A stretch of 51,304 bases of DNA, counting the filler, from Catajapyx aquilonaris (taxonomy: Eukaryota), in assembly GCA_000934665.2 (NCBI GenBank). It is 3 parts of 3 records of this genome, joined end to end, with 100 filler letters (N's around TTAATTAATTAA, not from the genome) between each part and the next. Parts side by side here need not be neighbours in the genome. Positions count along the whole stretch, not along the records: positions 17,150 to 34,189 come from JYFJ02007052.1; positions 34,290 to 51,304 come from JYFJ02007053.1; 1 more part is not named here. One strand, given 5' to 3'. Every line of letters begins with the position of its first letter. Position 1 is the first letter of the stretch. The notes below the pieces were generated by a model. It worked only from the letters and a program-made list of their open reading frames with translations, ran no database searches and was not told the DNA's origin. Below, piece after piece: positions 24,742 to 34,650 of this stretch. Made by a program: the position numbers and the translations under genes.

Positions 24742-25735
24742 CAGGGTGGACGGAAAGTTTCGGACCCCCCCAGGTTTTTTAACCCTACTTTTCACAGCAT
24801 CTTATCACATCTTATAAAAGTCCACAAGCAGTTCTAATGTACACTATCTTTTGAAGCATAATCTTGAAAACATCTGAGCACCTTCGCTCTCGCAATTCCA
24901 TTAATAACTTCGCATCTGTGACTCATCTAAACATCCTATCTGTTTTGCGTTTATTTTGCTTGTTGCCTTGGAGGACACCTGGTCATATTCTGCATCAGAA
25001 AAGGTTTTTATGACTCTTTTCCATGGGTTCCCCTTCATGAAAATGTTGTGAAATCACTCCTGACCTTATTTTTCGCATTGGTCCATAACCTGGTCCAATA
25101 AAAATTTGAAAAGGAATGCATGAAATGGCAGACCCGGATGCATTACTTTCGAATTCTCACATAGGTACCATCACATGTGTCTCCACTTTTACTTTAAAAT
25201 AATTTTTTGGTGCGAAAGGACGTGAACGAAAGGCTGTGTCATGTTGATTAATTTACCAAGATAGGACTGTTTACTGTCCTTTCCCACCAAAAATTATTTA
25301 AAAGTAAAAATGGAGACAAATGTGATGGTACCAATTCGAAAGTAATGCATTCAGGTCCGCCATTTAATGCATTTCCTTTCAAATTTTTATTGGACCAGGT
25401 TATGGACCAATGCGAAAAATAAAGTCAGGAGTGATTTCACAACATTTTCATGAAGGGGAACCCATGGAAAAGGGCCATGAAAACCTTATCTGACGCAGAA
25501 TATGACCAGGTGTCCTCCAAGGCAACAAGCAAAACAGATAGGATGTTTAGATGAGTCACAGAGGCGAAGTTATTAATGGAATTGCGAGAGCGAAGGTGCT
25601 CAGATGTTCTAAAGATTATGCTTCAAAAGATAGTGTACATTGGAACTGCTTGTGGACTTTTAAAAGATGTGATAAGACGCTGTGAAAAGTAGGGTTAAGA
25701 AACCTGGGGGGGTCCAAAACTTTCCGTCCACCCTG
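24742..25735. mobile_element. ~1-kb foldback Tc1/mariner-type element
   Basis: TA|CAGGGTGGACGGAAAGTTT...AAACTTTCCGTCCACCCTG|TA; ~470-bp highly similar inverted arms around a short spacer (~25215-25283). Confidence 0.9.
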
Positions 25736-26124
25736 TAGTTGCCTAGGGAGGAGGATATGAGCGTGATAATCATGATATAACCTCCTTCACAGAAGCGATT
25801 ATTGTCACGTTCATATCCCGCTCCCAAGGCAACCCTGTAAGGCGCATGTGTCCATCTGCCAGGCGATTTCCCTACAAAGATGAGTGGTGTGTGTTGCCGC
25901 CTATGTTTAGGGGTAGACCAATGTTTCTGGTCGTCTACCTCATTGCCAGTTGGTCCCTCAACATTTTACTCCCCTACATTTTAGACATGGTTTGGACCAA
26001 AGAACACGCTGTTGGCGAGATGACCTACTAGTAAGAAACACTACCCTGTACAATTTACAAAGCCTAGGAGCTGACTTGTGCACCTCTTCCACCTCTATCC
26101 ACATCCCTTTTACTGATAACTTAC

Positions 26125-26241
26125 CGCCATTCTAATTTCTTGATCCAGCTCTCTATGTCCAATAACTGAGACAACCATTTCCTCTCCCTGCTCCGTAATT
26201 ATTGCCAGAAATGCTGTCTCTGCCTTTGTCTGTGCCTGGAG
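26125..26241 (-). CDS. PDE2: PDE2 exon 2 (LQAQTKAETAFLAIITEQGEEMVVSVIGHRELDQEIRMA)
   Basis: 117-nt phase 0/0 exon with ttcttgcag acceptor and gtaagt donor. Aligns by eye to PDE2A LQQETRASRCCLLLVSED..LSCKVIGDKVLGEEVSF. Confidence 0.82.
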
Positions 26242-26325
26242 CTGCAAGAAAAGAATCCTTTTAAGTCTCAAAACAATACAAAATGTATGGGATAGGAAGA
26301 GAAATATTTGGCAGTCATGTCATTT

Positions 26326-27111
26326 GAGGAGCTTGCCAGCAAAACCAGTTCAATCCACTCCGGGTCGAAAATAATCTGGACACGCTGGAGGCATGTTCCA
26401 GGCAATGCCTTTCTATTGACATGAAGTTGCAAGTGAAACCAGACATTTCCACCGAATGCGAGCCATGGGAAAATTGCCCTTTCAAGCAGACCCAGCTCTA
26501 TCCGAAGGTGGTTTCCAAGCAAAAGCAGTTCAATCCAGCAACCATGCCAGCAACCAATCAGATAGCGGTCTTGAAGAGAGATATATGGATAATATCGATA
26601 ATATCCCACTCTGCAAAGATGGCGGGCCCCATACCGGAGGAGGGTGCAGGGGATGCGGACGGTTCAGAAGTCACAATTATTGGGCTGCCAATTATTGTTG
26701 TTGCTGATGCCATACCGGAGGAGGGTGCAGGGGATGCGGACGGTTTAGAAGGCACAATTGCTGTTGCTGATGCAAATAAGGGGACTAGAAAACGACAACA
26801 ACGGTGGGCCAGTGATTACTTTCATTGTATATTTGTGAAAAATAAAGATAATGCCATGATTTTCATGCACAATCACCTCTATCCATGATTTGCACACAAA
26901 ACCAGTTCTATCCATTTTTAACAATGCCCTACCTCAACAATCACCATACATTGAAGTAAAACAATTGTGTCTACATAATGGCAACCCCTATAGCATACTG
27001 CCCATGACAACTTCACTGCCACTTTTGCCACCAGCATTGAGTAATCACTTATTGGCTCCTCCTGAAAAATTGCAAATTGCGGATTGAACTGGTTTTGCTG
27101 GCAAGCTCCTC
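26326..27111 (+). mobile_element. Sola-like non-autonomous element
   Basis: 31-bp perfect TIRs GAGGAGCTTGCCAGCAAAACCAGTTCAATCC and 4-bp TSD ATTT. GAG...CTC termini with AT-rich 4-bp TSDs are typical of Sola. Confidence 0.7.
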
Positions 27112-27219
27112 ATTTAAGTCTTTGAGCCGCAGGGAGATGGGAACAACTCTTTAACATACAAACTTGACACATGCTAATTTGGATATGGATGTCACAGAAG
27201 GTTGTATTCTAAATGAAGA

Positions 27220-27556
27220 TAATAATAATTGTGGGGGTAGTGCTTCACCTTTCGGCGTTCGGCACGGACCTTATTATTTGATCGTACATAGTGTACAAGT
27301 TGGAGCTATTGAGAAGCGCCCGGGCCCACGGGCAGGATGACAGGAGGGGATGTGCAAAGTGTGGTGCATCTGACGTGGTGGCCATTTTTAGTGAACTCCC
27401 CCGGGTGGTTTAGTCTGTGGAAATACCACCCGAGACGAAGCCAGAGGTGACCCTGAACTCTGCACGAGATGAAAGGGGTGTCCCAGGGTTGGGATCGAAC
27501 CCGGGACCTTAACATCCGTGGGCGCATACGTTACCGCAGCACCACTCCGCCTCCCC
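27220..27556 (-). mobile_element. Full-length tRNA-derived SINE family 1
   Basis: A box TGGTGCTGCGG, B box GGTTCGATCC, (TTA)n tail, perfect 15-bp TSD TATTCTAAATGAAGA (27205-27219, 27557-27571). Confidence 0.9.
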
Positions 27557-27566
27557 TATTCTAAAT

Positions 27567-27819
27567 GAAGACCTTGGGGGTAGTACGATCAAGGTCCACT
27601 TTTTGTCAAAAATGAGTTACATATCTCAGAAGATACTTTCCCAAGAGTAGCCTATAATATGATGGTTTGGTTGTGGTTGTGGAGTAATGATCATAGGTCA
27701 CAATGGAAGGCCCTGAAAGTTGGATTTACAATAAGACCTTATGGGCCTTCGAAATTTGAAATGGCAATATCTCAGTTTCACATGAGGTGGACCTTGATCG
27801 TTCTTTCCTCGAGGTCTTC
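27567..27819. mobile_element. Small MITE
   Basis: GAAGACCT..CGATCAAGGTCCAC / GTGGACCTTGATCG..AGGTCTTC imperfect TIRs; the SINE inserted at its left end. Confidence 0.6.
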
Positions 27820-27921
27820 AAAATAGTCTCAAAATATTCAACTAAAGAAATATCATGGCCAAAATTTTAAGAAGTTCATGCAACTTATCAATTTATGCAT
27901 TGTAAACATGGCAACAATATA

Positions 27922-28832
27922 CGAGGTGCTACCCAAAATTTCGCGAACCATTTTTTTTCTGGAAAATTAGCTTACTACCGAACACCTTATTTTCCTCCGT
28001 CACTTTTGAAGTAGTCCCCTTTGGAACACAGATACCAATCCCAGTTCTCTTCCCACTATTGGAATGCTTTGTGGGAGTAATTTGCTGTTAGGGTTCTTAG
28101 TACCTCCTGCGATTCTTTGTGGACCTGGTTTACGGATTCAAATCTTCTTCCTTTCAGCTTAATTTTCGTTTTTGGGAGGAGGAAGAAGTCGCAGGGAGCT
28201 AAATGTGGCACAAAAGGTGGGTGAGGAACAATAATCGTCATGTTGTGGGACGCCCAAAACTGCTGCGGTGCAAAAGTGGCGTAAGCTCGCGCGTTGTCAT
28301 GATGTTGTTCTTGCGCCACTTCGCGGGTCATTTCCTTCAAATGTCCTCCCTCAGCTGCCTTGTTCGCCAGATTGAGCTCCCTGTGACTTCTTCTTCCCAA
28401 AAATGAAAATTAAACTAAAAGGAAGAAGATTGAGATAACTTTCATGCACTTTCTATGGCATTGTGCTCGTCAAAGGACGTCCAGAAGGAGCGCCATCGTC
28501 CACGGTCAAATGCGGCTATCTTTGAACCTATTATACCATTTGTCTACCCCTAAAGCATTGTCACCGAATGCATCATGTAGCATCTTGTGAGTTTGCAGCA
28601 TTTTTGCCAAGTTTGAAACAAAATTTACACTGTTATTTCAGGTCATCAATATTCACCCCCAGATAGAATTGCAAAACGCATGAAACATGTCACTACAAAA
28701 ACCCCCACAGAAACTGAACTTGGCAGAGGAGTTCAGAAAGGTCATCTGCAGCACTACCTAGAGTGGTAGCGACGAACTAGACGCGTTTCAAAAGTATTAG
28801 CAACAGTTCGCAAAGTTTTGGGTAGCACCTTG
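27922..28832 (-). mobile_element. mariner element, internally deleted, with degenerate transposase
   Basis: TIRs CGAGGTGCTACCCAAAA. HHDNARAY...HPPFVPHLAPCDFFLLPKTKIKLKGRRFES matches mariner HDNARPH / YSPDLAPCDF motifs. Confidence 0.88.
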
Positions 28833-30324
28833 AATATCATAATTATAAGGCCCAACACAGAGTTCTTCTCCATTCCATCCAGCTTACCCAGAGTATAGAA
28901 ACTAAATGTCCAGAATCTTATGGCTCTTTGATCAGGGACAAACAACGGGGAGCAACGGAAAATATTACTTTTTGTTTGTTTATTTGCATAATGGCAGTAT
29001 ACATACTTTGGCTGACATCTATCTAATTATTGCAGTCAAATATAGAATGACACATTTTTACTTGCATATAGGCCTACCATGGTGATTCAAATGAACCCAA
29101 CCAGTTAACAGAATGTTCACATCATTATGATTAATTCCAGGAACAGATATGCTAAAAATCTGACAAGACTCATCACTGACCAAATTTGGTTGGTATCAGA
29201 GGAACAGTGGCACCAAATAAAAACTGAACAGTGTACCCTCAGGCCTCAGCTGCCAATTTTGGGCCAAACAGCCTTAATGGCAGGTGACATGAGGGGCCGT
29301 AAACATATTACATCATCATCGAGGGTGTGTGTGTTGCTACCTGATGACCAAACAAAAACCTTGGGGGGGGGGGTTGTCGAAAATGTCAAAAATGTGATGA
29401 AGTAACATGTGTACGGCCCCTGAATATGAGATAGAGATGGCCACAAAATGAAAGCTAGTAAATTACTTGGTTAATTCAATTGCACCCTATGAAATAATTG
29501 AGTCACTTGCCTTCATTCACTGCAGGACGAGTGTCTGATAAACCTGCAATAATCCAGGATACGCTTTCACAAGTGGATGATTTGGTTTGTGCAAACCAGG
29601 CAGGTATTGAAACAGAAATTGTGTCTACCATCAATTAGTGTTCAGAGTATTTGGGGCCATTTAGTGATTGGAAATTTTGCCCAAGCTGTTATTTACGTGC
29701 TCCGATTGAGGTGCCAAACTATTTCCCTTAATATAATCAGCTGCAAGATTCGGCCCCACCTGGGAATAATTACACACCTCAATCAGGGCACAAAAAGTTA
29801 CGCAAAAATAACAGGTTTGGGTGAAATTTGCAATAACTAGAAGGACGTCAATAATTGTAACACACTGTATAAAATGGGATAACCTGTTATAGGCCTTCTG
29901 GCCTTTTAGGGGATCATCTTTCCAATGGTCCAACTTGATTCATTGCATGCCCAGTGATGGATTTTGTAAATGGGAGAACCTCTAGCTCAACCGGGAGATA
30001 ATCCATGCCAACAAGGAGAGAAATCATTGAAACTCTTTCCACATGGGAAATTCTTGGTCCAATCAGGAATCGAATGCAGGGGAAGCCTGTGAGACTAGCC
30101 ACTCCTGCCAGACTTTCGAAAAACAATGCATCTTCACATAGCAGTAAGGTCGAGTTTCTAGGCATCCCACCAGAAAGTCTACCTTACTGCTCCATGAAGA
30201 TGGATTGTTTAGCGAAAGTACGCTGACTACACCATCATGCCGCCCTGTGTGCGTTCCGATAAAGTTCAGGAACCTGTCAAGCAGCTCTTGTGCTAGCACT
30301 AAATAGCATACCCACCATATCAAT

Positions 30325-30325
<1 letters not shown>

Positions 30326-30385
<60 letters not shown>

Positions 30386-30404
30386 GGTACCAATAATAAT
30401 AATA
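30326..30404. repeat. (ATA)n microsatellite in PDE2 intron 1
   Basis: Direct trinucleotide run with one interruption. Confidence 0.95.
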
Positions 30405-30469
30405 AACATACATAAGAAGACGGTTAAAGTGTATGTAAAGTGTCGTGCAAATATTCGAAGGACCCTTAC

Positions 30470-30562
30470 ATATTCGTTGATGTTCGCCTGAATAAGTGCA
30501 GCCCTATCATGGTGCAGGCTGGAACACAACTCCAAAAGTGCACTCGCACGTTTTCCCTCCAT
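30470..30562 (-). CDS. PDE2: PDE2 first recognisable coding exon (MEGKRASALLELCSSLHHDRAALIQANINEY)
   Basis: Aligns to PDE2A [24 protein letters not shown]. Donor gtaagg at 30469, phase 0. Confidence 0.78.
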
Positions 30563-30679
30563 CTCTTGGGCACTGGAATCACACTCAGGCCAGCCAAGCC
30601 TATCAGATGAACAAGTGGCCGGCCTCCATTCTACACTTCAATATCTGGATTGGCGAATTAGCGGGAGGAACAAGACGAT

Positions 30680-30930
30680 CAAACGTCGATTGGGCGCCAT
30701 GTTAGATCTTTGCATAGAAACGGGTTCCCAGCTGTCAAAACAGCCGCATTATTTAAATATTTATAAGCCAATGCATTGTGCATAAAATGGATATTAAACA
30801 GAAAAGCGAGTTGGTAAAAATACTAGAATTTAAATTTAATTGTTAAATTAGATGATTTGGAAAAATTGACTGATTGGTATGTGACGATTTTTAAAGGGAA
30901 CCGTGCGCAGGCGTGGCGGGACATCTGAAT
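30680..30930 (-). promoter_or_regulatory. Probable PDE2 promoter / 5' end
   Basis: YY1-like AACATGGCGCC at ~30693-30703 and a GC-rich TGCGCAGGCG..GGCGGG patch at ~30904-30920, upstream of the first exon. Confidence 0.4.
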
Positions 30931-30943
30931 ATTCTTTTCGGAA

Positions 30944-31200
30944 GGGGCGACACGGTGGCGGAGTGGTTAGCGCCGCAGCCTTCCACCTCTAAGGTCCCCA
31001 GTTCGATCCCCGGGTCGGACGGAGGATACTTATGTGGATAGAGTTTCGATGGGTTCTCTCCGTGTTCGCGTGGGTTTTCTCGGGGTTCTCCCGTTTCCTC
31101 CCGCTATCAAAATCCATCACAGCGCAGGCAATGATTAAAGTCGGTTAAATAAAAAGATGATCCCCTAAGAGGCCCAAGGAGGCCTAGCACGGGGTATCCA
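30944..31200 (+). mobile_element. tRNA-derived SINE family 2 with V-domain-like core
   Basis: A box TGGCGGAGTGG, B box GTTCGATCC, then GTGGGTTTTCTCGGGGTTCTCCCGTTTCCTCCC resembling the V-SINE central domain. Confidence 0.8.
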
Positions 31201-31689
31201 TAATTAATCTTTTTAGGTAACTTGGCCTATGTCAAGTTTATTAACCCCCTCAACTTGGGTCAAAAAGTTACAGTCTCATACTTGCCCGTCTCACTTATCT
31301 TGCAAACTGCAACTCACTTTGTGAACCCACAACCCAGAGATGCGAGCAAGCCTCTGCAAGAATTTCCGGTACAAAACTAAGTTGACACAACTGTAATATA
31401 TTTCGCAGAGTGTTTCCCAAAAACCGTTTCCTCCCACAAGTTAGTGTGTCTTGCCATATTTTTGTCATATCCAGTCTTTATCAAGAAGAGAAAGAAATGC
31501 GGTTCACGTCTCCAATGCTCTAAATCTAAAACCTACGGTCAGTTGTATTTAAGCAAATTAGTGGAAATCTTCAATTATGTGTAGGATTTTAGATTGCATA
31601 TTCAGAGATTTTCTCGTTAATGTGCATTGATTCAAGCAGACCTTAGAGAAGCTTGCCACTCACCTGACACGAAATAAGCGCCTGAAATA

Positions 31690-32060
31690 CAGGGTGAAGG
31701 GTCCATTGCATAGTTAATGTGTACGGCGCCGTCAAAGATTCGTGACGTAACATCTGTTCTGCCAGCTTCTAAGGAGCAAAAGTCAGTTCGAGTGCCTCTG
31801 GTCCCTTGCCTTGGTCCCCTAACACATCATCCATGTGCAAAAAGCAATCAAATCCCATCAGAGGAAGAATCTGGGTGTGACACTCATGCACTTTGTTGTT
31901 TCTGCCTCATACGTATTCCACCATCCGGCCCTCTACACTTTAAAGGCGCCGTACGCATTAACTACGCAACGGAGCCAAAAACTAATTGCACATCCCTATA
32001 TTAGTTTTGCGAGTACTATAAGTCTACCTGGCAATTGTCCGCGAGTTTCCCTTCACCCTG
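31690..32060. mobile_element. Tc1-type MITE related to 19855-20288
   Basis: TA|CAGGGTGAAGG...CCTTCACCCTG|TA; the right arm closely matches 20205-20288. Confidence 0.75.
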
Positions 32061-32392
32061 TATTTCCAATGATATGGATTTCAGCTGACTCTCATAATGG
32101 TGAGGAAAGGAGACAGGGCAGTAGTCTAGACCAGCCTAGACAACCATGAGAAGTGAATGTGGTGCTGATGGTTGATTCCAGCAGTTTCTTCCCCCTCCTG
32201 AAATAATCACCTGAGCTGTACCTCCCACTACCATGATGGTGACATTTTACAGGCAAATTCTGTGATGCCATATTATGAAGGGTTGAAAGTTCTTGGTCTC
32301 ACTTCTGCATTGGCACCATGGTGGTCTTTAATAATTATTTTTGCAGAAGAGAATTACATTACAGTGTTTGTGTTTGTCTGGGCCTATTCTAA

Positions 32393-32611
32393 GGGCCGAA
32401 TTCAGAGAGGTTGCTTAACGTAAACGCGCCCGATTAAATCCTTTAGTCATCCTCGATTAGCAAATTTAACCAACCTGCTAATACAAAGACGGCGATTAGC
32501 GCTAAACGCCCCCTAATCGCACTTGCTAGCACTTTTAAATTTGCTAATCGAGGATGACTAAAGGATTTAATCGGGCGCGTTTACGTTAAGCAACCTCTCT
32601 GAATTCGGCCC
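32393..32611. mobile_element. PIF/Harbinger (Tourist-like) MITE, young
   Basis: 77-bp perfect TIRs starting GGGCCGAATTC; TAA TSD. Confidence 0.88.
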
Positions 32612-32789
32612 TAAGAGAGTGAGTGACTTTGTAAATAACATTTTTATGGTAATATTATTGTCAGTAGCCACCTCTTATCAGGAAGTGTTCATGACTTAGG
32701 CAGTGATTTTAACTTTCACAGAGTATTGTACATTTTTAAAATTGTTACCCTGTGGGACAGCATCTCTCTCAGGGGACCTCCCACTCCTA

Positions 32790-33311
32790 TACAAGGTGTT
32801 TCTTACTAGTAGGTCATCCCGCCATCAGTGTATTCCTTGGCCCAAACTACATCTAAAATGTAGGGAGGAGAAATGTCAATGGAGAAACCGGTAATGAGGT
32901 AGATGACCCGAAACATTTGCCTACCCCTACACACAGGCAGCAACACACACTACGCCTCTTTGTAGGGAGATCTCCTGGCAGGTGGACCTGCTCGCCTTAC
33001 AGGGGTTGCCTAGGGAGCAGGATATGAGAGCAATAATCACTTCTGCATAAGAGGCATTCTCGCAAAATCCCATCAGTAATGATTATCACACTCTTGTCCT
33101 GCTCCCTTGGGGAACCCTGTAAGGTCCACCTTCCAGGAGATCTCCCTACAAAGAAGCATTGTGTGTGTTGCCACATGTGTCGAGGAGTAGGCCAATGTTT
33201 CTGGTTGTCTACCTCATTACCGGTTGCTCCCTCGACATTTCTCCTCTACGTGGTTTGTGCCAAGGAATATGTTGCCGGTGGGATGACCTACTAGTAAGAC
33301 ACATCCCGTTA
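32790..33311. mobile_element. MITE family A copy 3 (uninterrupted)
   Basis: TACAAGGTGTTTCTTACTAGTAGGTC...GACCTACTAGTAAGA palindrome. Confidence 0.8.
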
Positions 33312-34189
33312 CATTATTTCTACAACAAGAACTAACAGGGCAGATAATTACATCCATTTAAGGGGCGATAGCCCCTTAGTAAGACCGTAGCATAGATTTC
33401 AACAATGAATTTCTTCAACATCTTCTTCTTCTTGTTGTTACGCTTTTTTTATTCGCCCTAACTCAAGTTCTGCTGTAGGTAGAGCTTCCAAATTTTGAAC
33501 ACAGATGTCCACCGTCGTGAAGTGCATTCCTACCATTTACAGCTAAACTCAATTCCTCTTCAAAACGCCGCAAAAAATTTAAACCCACCAAAAAATACGT
33601 CTCAATTTTTTACCTCAATAACTATTCGGAATACGGTTTCATCGTCAAGGGGCCGAAGGTGCAGTGGGATGGTGCGGATCTATGTTCAAAATATCACAGT
33701 TCCCACTGCTACAGGATTGGAGCTGTGATTTTTTACCTCGTATTTTTCCTGTCATTACTTCATTTGTTCATGGCGCCATCACCTAGAAACGACAATCTTG
33801 TTTACCCACTAGCCATATTGTCATTAGCGAAATGTTACCCTGCCGCTGGTGTGAACGCATTGCACTTATTACAGATTTGCAGTTGAATCCGGATAAAACA
33901 GCCTCGGCTATAACATACTTGGTTATAAAGGCTGTCCCGTCATGCTTCCATTAGGCACTGTGTATTTTCACTCCTGGCATAACAGACTCATTTTCACCTC
34001 ACCTCGGGTATAACAGACCATTTCTTGGACCCTCAGTGGGAAAATACAGTATTGTTTTCCAGGTATAAAATTTGCGAAAAGGAGACGGCAGAAGGATTTC
34101 GGATAATTTGGTCCTGCATAATTTTCGGGTGAGCCAATATTGCATTTGTGACAGATTTCATTAATCAGTATGTAGTCTAGTATAGTGCA

Positions 34190-34289
34190 NNNNNNNNNNN
34201 NNNNNNNNNNNNNNNNNNNNNNNNNNNNNNNNNTTAATTAATTAANNNNNNNNNNNNNNNNNNNNNNNNNNNNNNNNNNNNNNNNNNNN
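34190..34289. other. Artificial 100-nt contig linker
   Basis: Same N/TTAATTAATTAA/N structure as 17050-17149. Confidence 0.9.
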
Positions 34290-34290
34290 C

Positions 34291-34650
34291 CAGACTCTAT
34301 GGATCTGGGAGCCGGACATTGTTGGTTTGTTGCCCACAGGTGGTAAGGCCTCTTTGGCTAATTACACCTGCAATTCCTTTTATCTAAGGGGTTACGCGGG
34401 ACCAGATTGGGTTACTTTAGACCAATGCGCCTTTTTCTTTGAGGAACCTCAGTATGCAGAGAAAAGATGGGATTCAGAAAAAATCCAGGGCCTCAGTCGT
34501 CATCTGCGAGTGTATGTACAGTGCAGAAAACATTACACCAGACATGGGAATTACGTTCCAGTCCCTCAACCTGCTGTTGGAAGAAATGCAACAAAACCCA
34601 TCCTCAGAAGTGACATTTTGACATTTTGCATTAAGGAGCTTATTAACTAG
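34291..34650 (+). CDS. Orphan ORF open from contig start (possible 3' end of an unknown gene)
   Basis: 119 sense codons from the linker to TAG, followed by AT-rich sequence; no confident homology. Confidence 0.3.
   Translation, partial: QTLWIWEPDIVGLLPTGGKASLANYTCNSFYLRGYAGPDWVTLDQCAFFFEEPQYAEKRWDSEKIQGLSRHLRVYVQCRKHYTRHGNYVPVPQPAVGRNATKPILRSDILTFCIKELIN

Larger units (their letters stand above)
23597..26050. mobile_element. MITE family A copy 2, split by two younger insertions
   Basis: Removing 23631-24550 and 24742-25735 restores a sequence colinear with copy 3 (32790-33311). Confidence 0.8.

Noticed and set aside
30112..30219. Hairpin as miR-8/miR-200 family
   Set aside because: Shares CAUCUU and UACUG..AAGAUG, but the AAUACUG seed is absent.
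30944..31020. tRNA gene
   Set aside because: A/B boxes are present but I see no proper acceptor stem or poly-T terminator, and it continues into a SINE body.
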